Shown here: piece after piece, positions 25,362 to 33,884 of the stretch
How positions within the stretch are numbered: position 1 is the stretch's first letter
How the letters are laid out: each line of letters opens with the position of its first letter
NCBI GenBank assembly: GCA_035251315.1
Contig: DATFEI010000296.1
Span: 1 to 62,627, forward strand
DNA from: Burkholderiales bacterium
GTDB lineage: Bacteria > Pseudomonadota > Gammaproteobacteria > Burkholderiales > SG8-39
Length of the DNA: 62,627 nucleotides
Direction: 5' to 3'
Position numbers and translations under genes: made by a program
The notes under the pieces: model-generated
What the model was told of the DNA's origin: nothing
Database searches by the model: none
What the model saw: the letters and a program-made list of their open reading frames with translations, nothing else

Positions 25362-26712
25362 CGAGTACGCGGTCGATCATCGGCTTCGCGGAGCCGAAGG
25401 CGCGCTTCGCCTCGAACAGCGCTTCCAGCTCCCCCGCCGGAATAATCTTTGTAACGTCGTCCTCGGCGAGCAGAACTTCGCGCAAGTGCTTTTTCTCCGC
25501 CACGGCGCGGGCGCAGAGTTTTTCGGTCAGCGTGTGCGCGGCCGACTTGCCGAGCGTCTGCGCAAGTCGGACAGACACCGCCTCGGAGAACACGAGGCCT
25601 TGGGTCCGCTCCAGGTTTGCCGCCATAGTATCGGTGCGTACCTCCAGGCGTTCGAGCGCTTCCGCCATGGCGGCAACGCCGCTCGCCGTAGCGCACACGA
25701 GGCTTCTTAGCGTCAGCCATTGCGCCTGCCACTGACCGAGGCCGCGCTCGTGCTCGGGCACCAGGTTCGCCATCAGGCTGGCAGCAAGCGCAGGAGCGCG
25801 CTGAGAAGCTTCCAGCGCGAGCACGCAGGCCGCCGGGTTGCGCTTATGCGGCAGGGCGGATGAGCCGCCGCGACCGGCGCTTGCGGGCTCGAACGCCTCG
25901 CCAACTTCAGGCTGCATCAGCAGCGAAACGTCGCGCGCTATTTTCCCGGCGGCACCGGCAAGGATGGCAGCTTCGGCGCCGAAGCGGGCGAAGCGATCGC
26001 GCGCGCTGTGCCAGGGGATGGGCGGTTTCTTGAGCCCGAGCTGCTCAGCTAGTCGCGTACTGACCAGTTCGCCATCGCTTCCAAAAGCTGCGAGCGTCCC
26101 GGCGGGGCCACCGAACTGTAGAACGCACACCTCTTCGGCCGCGGCGCGAAACTGCCTATACGAGTTCGCCACCAGTGAGAGCCACACTGCAGCCTTCCAG
26201 CCGAACGGGACTGGCGTCGCGGGCTGCAGCAGTGTGCGCGCCACGGTCGGCGTATCTCGGTGGCGATCGGCAAGCCGCGCTGCGGCGTCGCCCAGCCGAC
26301 GCGCCGACACAAGCACGCGGTGCGCCGCTTCCTTCAGGCAGACGACCACCGCGGTATCGATCACGTCCTGGCTGGTCGCGCCGAAGTGGACATAGCGCGC
26401 GGCTTCATCAGGGACCTGCGCAGTCAGTTCCTTGACGAACGGGATTGCGAGCGTACCCGCATGCCTCGCTTCATTCGCGAGCCTTGCGACATCAAAAGAG
26501 GCGCTCTCACAAGAGCGTGCAATGGTTTCAGCGTGCTCGACCGGGACAAGACCCGTACTCGCGCGGGCGAGCGCCGCTTCAAAGCGCGCCATAGCCGCGA
26601 GCAGCTTCTCGTCCGAGAGCGCTTCGGCGGTATGCGGGTCCGAAAATACGAGCTCGAGGCTCAGAAATCGAAGAACACCGTCTCGTTCTTGCCCTGCAGG
26701 ACCAAGTTCCAC
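25336..26712 (-). CDS. pcaB: 3-carboxy-cis,cis-muconate cycloisomerase (fumarate-lyase superfamily)
   Basis: Signature GGSSALPHKRNP. LLAAMARFEAALARA is a typical PcaB N-region. The GTG start at 26712 overlaps pcaG by 52 nt; the alternative CTG at 26664 makes a CTGA junction with the pcaG stop. Confidence 0.85.
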   Translation of the reverse strand: MELGPAGQERDGVLRFLSLELVFSDPHTAEALSDEKLLAAMARFEAALARASTGLVPVEHAETIARSCESASFDVARLANEARHAGTLAIPFVKELTAQVPDEAARYVHFGATSQDVIDTAVVVCLKEAAHRVLVSARRLGDAAARLADRHRDTPTVARTLLQPATPVPFGWKAAVWLSLVANSYRQFRAAAEEVCVLQFGGPAGTLAAFGSDGELVSTRLAEQLGLKKPPIPWHSARDRFARFGAEAAILAGAAGKIARDVSLLMQPEVGEAFEPASAGRGGSSALPHKRNPAACVLALEASQRAPALAASLMANLVPEHERGLGQWQAQWLTLRSLVCATASGVAAMAEALERLEVRTDTMAANLERTQGLVFSEAVSVRLAQTLGKSAAHTLTEKLCARAVAEKKHLREVLLAEDDVTKIIPAGELEALFEAKRAFGSAKPMIDRVLAIWRETAP

Positions 26713-27224
26713 TCGAACTCGCCGTCGGCGCGCCTCTTCGCGATCAGCGTGCCCCGGCGCTCAGCGGGGATGAGGTTCAGCACTGGGTCGTCGGCGTTGG
26801 CCGGATCGTCGGGAAAGTAGATACGGGTTTGAAGCTGCTTGAGCAGCCCACGCATGAAGATGGTGACGGTAATGTGCGGCGCCTGCAGCTTGCTGTCGGG
26901 GCCTGGCACGCGGCCGGGCTTGATGGTGCGGAAGCGGAAAGCGCCGGCATCGTCGGTAAGCGAACGGCCGTAGCCTCGAAAACTCTCGTCTATCGGCTTC
27001 GCTTGCGCATCCTCGGAGCTTGCGTATTTTCCGCGGCTGTTGGCCTGCCAGATCTCGACCGCGGCATCGTTGACCGGCCTGCCGTCGCCGTCGAGCACCC
27101 GTCCCTCGATGCGCACGCGCTCGCCCGTAACGCCTTGCGGCGCCAAGTCCTCGATCACCATCCATTCCAACCCGATCCGCAGGTAGGGGCCGATCGTCTG
27201 TGAGGTCGTGGCGCGCAGGCTCAT
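26661..27224 (-). CDS. pcaG: Protocatechuate 3,4-dioxygenase alpha subunit
   Basis: Trimmed to MSLRATTSQTIGPYLRIGL (187 aa). Intradiol dioxygenase fold (VEIWQANSRGKY, PHITVTIFMRGL). ATGA overlap with the pcaH stop. Confidence 0.85.
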   Translation of the reverse strand: MSLRATTSQTIGPYLRIGLEWMVIEDLAPQGVTGERVRIEGRVLDGDGRPVNDAAVEIWQANSRGKYASSEDAQAKPIDESFRGYGRSLTDDAGAFRFRTIKPGRVPGPDSKLQAPHITVTIFMRGLLKQLQTRIYFPDDPANADDPVLNLIPAERRGTLIAKRRADGEFEWNLVLQGKNETVFFDF

Positions 27225-27931
27225 CGGCGGTTCTCCATCGGGGTCGCCTCGCGCCCGCGCAGCACGATGTCGAAGCGGTAGCCGAGCGCGAACTCGGGCT
27301 GTGTGGTCTCCCAGTCGAAAATGGAGATCAGACGATTGCGCGCCTTCTGATCCGGCACGCAGGTGAACATCGGGTCGTACTCGAGCAGCGGGTCGCCCGG
27401 AAAGTACATCTGCGTGATGAGGCGCTGGACGATGGCCGGGCCGAAGAGCGAGAAATGAATGTGCGCCGGCCGCCAGGCGTTGTAGTGATTGCGCCACGGG
27501 TACTCGCCCGGACGAATGGTCATGAAGCGGTAGCGCCCTTCGGTATCGGTCAGCACGCGGCCGGCGCCGGTGAAATTCGGGTCGAGCGGCGCGTCATGCT
27601 GGTCGACGCGGTGGTTGTAGCGCCCGGCGGCATTCGCCTGCCAGATCTCAATGAGAATGCCGGGAAGCGGCCTTGAGTTCTCATCCAGCACGCGGCCGCT
27701 CACGACGAGGCGCTCGCCGAGCGGCTCGCCTTTGTGCTGCTTGGTGAGGTCATTGTCCGTCGCCTTGATGTCGCCGTAGCCGAATATGGGTGCGGTGAGC
27801 TCCGAGAGCGTATGCGGCAGAGCCACTAGCGGCTGCGTCGGCGCGCGTTTTACCGTGGATGCGTACGGCGGAAAAAGGTATGGCGGCTGGGTATCCCGGT
27901 ACGGTCGGCGATAAGGGGCTGGATCGGTCAT
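27221..27931 (-). CDS. pcaH: Protocatechuate 3,4-dioxygenase beta subunit
   Basis: Trimmed to MTDPAPYRRPY (236 aa). IEIWQANAAGRYNH, PLDPNFTGAGR, YPWRNHYNAWRPAHIHFSLFG and YRFDIVLRG are near-verbatim PcaH motifs. Confidence 0.9.
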   Translation of the reverse strand: MTDPAPYRRPYRDTQPPYLFPPYASTVKRAPTQPLVALPHTLSELTAPIFGYGDIKATDNDLTKQHKGEPLGERLVVSGRVLDENSRPLPGILIEIWQANAAGRYNHRVDQHDAPLDPNFTGAGRVLTDTEGRYRFMTIRPGEYPWRNHYNAWRPAHIHFSLFGPAIVQRLITQMYFPGDPLLEYDPMFTCVPDQKARNRLISIFDWETTQPEFALGYRFDIVLRGREATPMENRR

Positions 27932-27935
27932 CGTG

Positions 27936-28571
27936 TCATTCCGCGTCAGGTTGCTTAGCGGGCTGCGCGCGCTCGAATGCCTCAAGTTTCATGCACTCTT
28001 CGAACACGCGCATCGTCGCCGGGTAGGGAGCGAGGTCGCAGTTATAGCGCTTCGCGTTGAAGATCTGCGGCACCAGGCAGCAGTCGGCCATCGTGGGCGT
28101 GTCGCCGTGGCAGCACTTGCTCTTCTTGCTGCGAAGCAGGTCGGCTTCCAGCTTCGCGAGGCCGTCGGCGATCCAGTGGCGGTACCAGGCATTGACCTGC
28201 TCTTCGTTATGGCCGAGCTCGCGCTTGAGGTATTGCAGCGTGCGCAGATTGTTAAGCGGATGAATCTCGCAGGCAACCAGCAGCGCGAGGCTGCGGACTC
28301 GCGCACGGCCTGGCGCATCGCGCGGAAGAAGCGGTGGGTTTGGGTGCGTCTCCTCGAGGTACTCGATGATGGCGAGCGATTGCGACAGTTCGAGCCCGTC
28401 CGTGAGCAGAGTCGGCAGAAGGCCCTGCGGGTACTTGCCGGCGTATTCCGACTTTCGGTGCTCGCCTTTGGCGAGATGAATGAACACGGGCTCGTAGGCG
28501 AGGCCTTTCAGATTGAGCGCAATGCGGACACGAAACGCGGCGGAGCTGCGAAAGTACGTGTACAGCTTCAC
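27936..28571 (-). CDS. maiA: Glutathione S-transferase zeta class: maleylacetoacetate/maleylpyruvate isomerase
   Basis: Trimmed to GTG at 28571 (VKLYTYFRSSAAFRVRIALNLKG, 211 aa), the GST-zeta SSxxxRxRIAL motif. GTGA overlap with the upstream FAH gene stop. Confidence 0.75.
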   Translation of the reverse strand: MKLYTYFRSSAAFRVRIALNLKGLAYEPVFIHLAKGEHRKSEYAGKYPQGLLPTLLTDGLELSQSLAIIEYLEETHPNPPLLPRDAPGRARVRSLALLVACEIHPLNNLRTLQYLKRELGHNEEQVNAWYRHWIADGLAKLEADLLRSKKSKCCHGDTPTMADCCLVPQIFNAKRYNCDLAPYPATMRVFEECMKLEAFERAQPAKQPDAE

Positions 28572-29260
28572 AACGGCGGCAGGATTTTCACCTTGAGCTC
28601 GCCGACGCCGTCGATGCCGGCGTGCAACTCGTCGCCGGGCTTGATCGGGCCAACGCCGGCCGGCGTCCCGGCATAGATAAGATCCCCCGGCTCGAGCGTG
28701 TAGTACTCGGAAAGGTAAGCGATTTGTTCCGGCACCGACCAGATCATGTCGCCGAGGTCCGCGCGCTGGCGCTGTTTGCCGTTGACTGTGAGCCAAATAG
28801 CGCCGCGCGCCGGGTGGCCTATCTTCGCCGCCGGTACCAGCGCGCCGCATGGTGCCGCCTGGTCGAAGTCCTTGCCGAAATCCCAGGGCCTGCCGTGGTC
28901 CTTGCCCCACTGCTGCAGGTCCCGGCGCGTCATGTCGAGGCCGACGGCGTAGCCAAACACGTGATCGTTGCCACGCTTGGCGTCGATGCGTCGCCCGCCT
29001 TTCGCAAGGGCGACCACCAGCTCGGTTTCGTAATGGTAGTTGGAGGTCTTCGCTGGATAGCGCACCTCGCCGCCGCCCGGCACGAGGGCGTGCGCGCTCT
29101 TGATGAAGAAAAACGGCTGCTCGCGCCCGTCACCGCCCATCTCCTTCTGGTGCTCGGCGTAGTTGCGACCGACGCAAAAGATGCGCCGGACCGGAAAGCT
29201 GTCGGCCGTGCCAGCGACCGGAAGTACCGGCGGGGTCCACAGCGGGATGGCGTAACCCAT
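28568..29260 (-). CDS. Fumarylacetoacetate hydrolase (FAH) family protein, fumarylpyruvate-hydrolase-like size class
   Basis: 230 aa. RIFCVGRNYAEH, HYETELVVALAKGG, GDLIYAGTPAGVGP. Confidence 0.75.
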   Translation of the reverse strand: MGYAIPLWTPPVLPVAGTADSFPVRRIFCVGRNYAEHQKEMGGDGREQPFFFIKSAHALVPGGGEVRYPAKTSNYHYETELVVALAKGGRRIDAKRGNDHVFGYAVGLDMTRRDLQQWGKDHGRPWDFGKDFDQAAPCGALVPAAKIGHPARGAIWLTVNGKQRQRADLGDMIWSVPEQIAYLSEYYTLEPGDLIYAGTPAGVGPIKPGDELHAGIDGVGELKVKILPPL

Positions 29261-29284
29261 GACGCTCCTCGAAAAGGCGAAATT

Positions 29285-30151
29285 TTATCCCGCGTAGTCC
29301 GCGGCAACGCGAATGGCAAATTCGCCGATACGTTCGATTCCGGCGCGGATCTCGTCACCGGGCTTCACTGGGCCCACGCCTTCCGGCGTACCGCTGAAGA
29401 TAAGGTCGCCCGGGTAGAGCGTATAGAAGCTCGTCGCGTACTCGATCAGTCGCGGAACATCGTAGACCATGCGGCTCGTGTTCGAGCGTTGCCGTGGCTC
29501 GCCGTTGACCGTGAGCCACAACTCGAGATTCCCCGGCTCCGGAACCTCGTCCCGCGTCACGAGCCACGGCGCGAGCACGCTGTATGTGTCGATCGACTTG
29601 CGAAAGCTTGGAAGCTCGGGGCCGCGCAACGTCATGTCGAGGCCGATCGAGTAGCCGCAGACGTAGTCGAGCGCGGTCGCGCGGTCCACGCGGTTTGCCT
29701 CGCGGCCGATGACCACAGCGAGCTCCACCTCGTGGTCGTTGCGGCGCTTGCGAAAGCGCAGCTTGATGCCGTCGCCCGCGCCGGCGAGCGAACTCGGCGA
29801 CTTCAGAAAAAGACCCCAGTCGGCAATGGTCTTGATTTCCCGGCCGTGCGCGATGCCCTGGTCGCGCTTCGCCTCGTCGATGTGTGCCTGGTAGTTGATC
29901 GGAGCATTGACGATCTTCGAAGGGTTGGCGACCGGCGGGCGCAGACGGACGGCAGAGAGGGAACGGCGTGGCGCGCCGGCTGCCAGCGCCTTCGCCCTCT
30001 CGAGCACCGCGGGCAGGTGAGCGATCAGCGCGTCGCCATGGCGGTAGGGCCACTTCGGCGACGGTATCGCGGCGAGCGCCTCGCTCACATCGAGCACCTC
30101 GCTGCCTTCCACCAATCCGAGGCGGTCGTCGTCGAAGCGGCAGATTTTCAT
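29285..30151 (-). CDS. FAH family protein (hydratase/isomerase/decarboxylase class)
   Basis: 288 aa. HEVELAVVIG, GYSIGLDMTLR, GDLIFSGTPEGVGPVKPGD. Confidence 0.7.
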   Translation of the reverse strand: MKICRFDDDRLGLVEGSEVLDVSEALAAIPSPKWPYRHGDALIAHLPAVLERAKALAAGAPRRSLSAVRLRPPVANPSKIVNAPINYQAHIDEAKRDQGIAHGREIKTIADWGLFLKSPSSLAGAGDGIKLRFRKRRNDHEVELAVVIGREANRVDRATALDYVCGYSIGLDMTLRGPELPSFRKSIDTYSVLAPWLVTRDEVPEPGNLELWLTVNGEPRQRSNTSRMVYDVPRLIEYATSFYTLYPGDLIFSGTPEGVGPVKPGDEIRAGIERIGEFAIRVAADYAG

Positions 30152-30276
30152 CAGCTGAAGAATCGACGGATGACGGTCTCGTCCCCGACCTGCGCGCGGC
30201 AGGCGAGCACGGCGTGCGCCGCTGCGGGCTCGGGGTGGCCTTCTAAAGTGATTTGCACGCGCCTCGCGGAGAACTT

Positions 30277-30293
30277 ACGATGGTACCAATCGT
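30277..30293. promoter_or_regulatory. Imperfect palindrome abutting the MarR start; candidate MarR operator
   Basis: ACGAT-GGTACC-A-ATCGT read directly. It ends 1 nt before the TTG start at 30294. Confidence 0.35.
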
Positions 30294-30725
30294 TTGGAGC
30301 CCAAACAAACGTTGCGGCCCGGACTACTGCCCGGCCTTCTCGGCTACCGTTTGCGCCTCGCTCAGCAGGCGGTGTTCCGCGACTTCGGCGAAAGCGTAAG
30401 CGATCTGCCGCCCGGCCGCGTCGGGATCCTGCTGATCATCGATGCGAACCCGGGGGTGACCCAGACCCGGCTCGCGCAGGCGATCGGCCTCGACCGCTCC
30501 ACGCTCGTCGGCGTGCTCGACGGGCTGGAGGCGCGCGGCCTGGTTGAGCGCCGCCGGGGGGAGGACCGGCGCACGAACGGATTGCTACTCACGCGGGCTG
30601 GCCGCGCGCTCGTCACGGACCTCAAACGGCGCATCCGAGTGCACGAGCGGCGAGTGGCTGCGCGGCTAACGGCCGCGGAGAAGACTCGGCTTCTCGTACT
30701 GCTCGCGAAGCTCGCCGGCAAATAG
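30294..30725 (+). CDS. MarR family transcriptional regulator
   Basis: 143 aa. Winged-helix pattern (GVTQTRLAQAIGLDRSTLVGVLDGLEARGLVERRRGEDRRTN). Divergent from the FAH/maiA/pca gene string. Confidence 0.8.
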   Translation: MEPKQTLRPGLLPGLLGYRLRLAQQAVFRDFGESVSDLPPGRVGILLIIDANPGVTQTRLAQAIGLDRSTLVGVLDGLEARGLVERRRGEDRRTNGLLLTRAGRALVTDLKRRIRVHERRVAARLTAAEKTRLLVLLAKLAGK

Positions 30726-30752
30726 AAAAAGGGGCGTCGCAGCGCCCCTTTT
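30726..30752. terminator. Bidirectional rho-independent terminator between convergent marR and amtB
   Basis: AAAAA-GGGGCG-tcgcag-CGCCCC-TTTT read directly. Confidence 0.7.
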
Positions 30753-30770
30753 ATTTAAGAGAGTAACCAC

Positions 30771-32237
30771 TTACATTCGATACGCAGCCTCTCCATGTGC
30801 AGTGGTGTCCAAACCCTCGCGCTCGTCTTCCTCGCTTACGCGTAAGCCGATCGTGAAGTCGATCAGCTTGAAGACAACCAGGGCAACCACCGCCGACCAA
30901 ACTATGGTCGTGAGAACACCGGTACCCTGTGTGACGAGCTGCCCCCAGATCGAGTAGTCCTCGGATACCTTGTTGGCGACGTAGTCGTAGATGCCCGAGC
31001 CGCCGAGCGCGGGCGCGGCAAACACGCCGGTAAGCAGCGCGCCGACGATGCCGCAGACTCCATGCACGCCGAACACATCAAGCGAGTCATCCGCCCCGAG
31101 CATGCGCTTGAGGCCATTTACCCCCCAGAAGCCCATCACGCCCGCGACCGCACCGATCACCAGAGCTCCGATGAGGCCGACGAAGCCGCAAGCGGGCGTT
31201 ATGGCTACCAAGCCCGCCACCGCCCCGGACGCGGCACCCAGGGCTGACGCCTTCCCGCGCGCCAGCGACTCCACCAGAAGCCATAGCAGCACCGCCGCGG
31301 CAGTGGCGACGATGGTATTGAGGAATGCAATCGCCGCTGTGCCGGTCGCCTCGAGGTTCGAGCCGGCGTTGAAGCCGAACCAGCCTACCCATAGCAGGCA
31401 GGCTCCGATCATCGTGAGCGGAAGGCTGTGCGGCGGCATCGCCTCCTTGCCGAAGCCGATGCGCTTGCCGAGAACGTAAGCGCCCACCAAGCCGGCCACG
31501 CCAGCATTGATGTGCACAACGGTGCCGCCGGCAAAATCGAGCGCGCCTTTCTGCCAGAGCCACCCGGCCGCAGCGGTTACGGCTTCCAGGCTCTTCGCGT
31601 CCGTAATGGCGTCCGGCCCGTCCCAGTACCACACCATGTGGGCGATTGGCGCATAAGCGAAGGTGAACCAAAGAACCGCGAACACCAGCGCCGCGGAGAA
31701 CTTGATGCGCTCGGCGAACGATCCGACGATGAGGCCGCAGGTAATCGCGGCGAAGGTGCACTGGAAAGCGATGAACGCGAGTTCCGGAATCGCCACGCCC
31801 TTCGAAAACGTCGCGGCCAGGGAATCGCCGTTTACGCCCGAAAGCAAGAGCTTCGACAGCCCGCCGAAGAACGCACCTCCGCCGGTGAACGTTATCGAGT
31901 AGCCGTAGATTACCCACACCACCGCGATCAGACAGAACGTCACGAAAACCTGCATCAGCACGGAGAGAGTGTTCTTGGCGCGCACCATGCCGCCGTAGAA
32001 AAGCGCAAGGCCCGGGATGGTCATCAGGATGACGAGAGCTGTAGCGACGAGCATCCATGTCGTATCACCCTTGTCGACCTTGGGCTTGGCCGGCTCGGCG
32101 GCCGGCTTGGCTTCCTCCTTCTTCACTTCGGCCGCGGCCGGCTTATCCGGCGTCGGCGCCGGCTTGTCTTGCGCCAAAGTCGCGCCCGCGAAGGCGAGCG
32201 AGAACACCAGGGCCAGGAATGCGCAGAATTTCTTCAT
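30771..32237 (-). CDS. amtB: Ammonium transporter AmtB
   Basis: Trimmed to MKKFCAFLALVFSLAFAGATLA (signal peptide). Amt core (AGGTVVHINAGVAGLVGAYVLGKR, DDSLDVFGVHGVCGIVG). SD GAGGAG lies upstream, 10 nt after glnK. Confidence 0.93.
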   Translation of the reverse strand: MKKFCAFLALVFSLAFAGATLAQDKPAPTPDKPAAAEVKKEEAKPAAEPAKPKVDKGDTTWMLVATALVILMTIPGLALFYGGMVRAKNTLSVLMQVFVTFCLIAVVWVIYGYSITFTGGGAFFGGLSKLLLSGVNGDSLAATFSKGVAIPELAFIAFQCTFAAITCGLIVGSFAERIKFSAALVFAVLWFTFAYAPIAHMVWYWDGPDAITDAKSLEAVTAAAGWLWQKGALDFAGGTVVHINAGVAGLVGAYVLGKRIGFGKEAMPPHSLPLTMIGACLLWVGWFGFNAGSNLEATGTAAIAFLNTIVATAAAVLLWLLVESLARGKASALGAASGAVAGLVAITPACGFVGLIGALVIGAVAGVMGFWGVNGLKRMLGADDSLDVFGVHGVCGIVGALLTGVFAAPALGGSGIYDYVANKVSEDYSIWGQLVTQGTGVLTTIVWSAVVALVVFKLIDFTIGLRVSEEDEREGLDTTAHGEAAYRM

Positions 32238-32247
32238 CGGGTTCTCC

Positions 32248-33416
<1,169 letters not shown>

Positions 33417-33454
33417 CCAGGGTTCTCCCTTGAAATTGGAAATCACATGACCAT

Positions 33455-33471
33455 TAGCATCTCCTGTGCCA
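33455..33471 (-). promoter_or_regulatory. Sigma-54 (-24/-12) promoter for porin-glnK-amtB
   Basis: Minus strand TGGCACAGGAGATGCTA, with GG-N10-GC spacing, versus the consensus TGGCAC-N5-TTGCW. Lies about 40 nt upstream of the porin ATG (33416), which carries an AGGGAG SD. Confidence 0.6.
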
Positions 33472-33523
33472 CCGTCCGATTAATTGCTAAATCAATGGCT
33501 TGTGATACCCCTCGTTGGCGTTG

Positions 33524-33538
33524 GCACCATCTTGGTGC
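33524..33538. promoter_or_regulatory. NtrC-type enhancer palindrome
   Basis: GCACCA-TCT-TGGTGC is a perfect dyad matching the core of the enteric NtrC site TGCACCA-N3-TGGTGCA. It is centred about 85 nt upstream of the predicted sigma-54 transcription start. Confidence 0.5.
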
Positions 33539-33595
33539 GTGCCACTACTGGCTTGCTCGGCATTGGTGCGAGGCGCTTGGAGTACCTTTCGATAA

Positions 33596-33835
33596 GTGAT
33601 CGATTCCAAACTTTTCGACGAGCTGCGCAGCCGCATCGACGAGGCGTTGCGCAACTCGCCGGCGCAAGACATAGAGAAAAACCTTCGCGCCCTTCTTGCC
33701 GCGTGGTTCGACCGCCTTGACCTCGTGCTGCGCGAGGATTTCGAGGTACAGAAGAAGCTGCTCGAGCGCGCGCAAGCGAAGCTCGCCGAGCTCGAAGCGC
33801 GCATCACCGAGCTCGAATCGCGCAAGCCGCGGTAA
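33596..33835 (+). CDS. ubiK: Ubiquinone biosynthesis accessory factor UbiK (YqiC/BMFP family)
   Basis: 79 aa. (M)IDSKLFDEL...LDLVLREDFEVQKKLLERAQAKLAELEARITELE parallels E. coli YqiC. Confidence 0.8.
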   Translation: MIDSKLFDELRSRIDEALRNSPAQDIEKNLRALLAAWFDRLDLVLREDFEVQKKLLERAQAKLAELEARITELESRKPR

Positions 33836-33884
33836 ACCGGCGCGGCGCCATCAGCGTTCCTTCCTAGTCAGTGAGAGGGAGGCC

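Noticed and set aside
28622-30547. 641-aa plus-strand ORF across the FAH genes and into marR.
   Set aside because: It is antisense to two FAH-family genes with conserved motifs and reads through the intergenic region. No recognisable domain.
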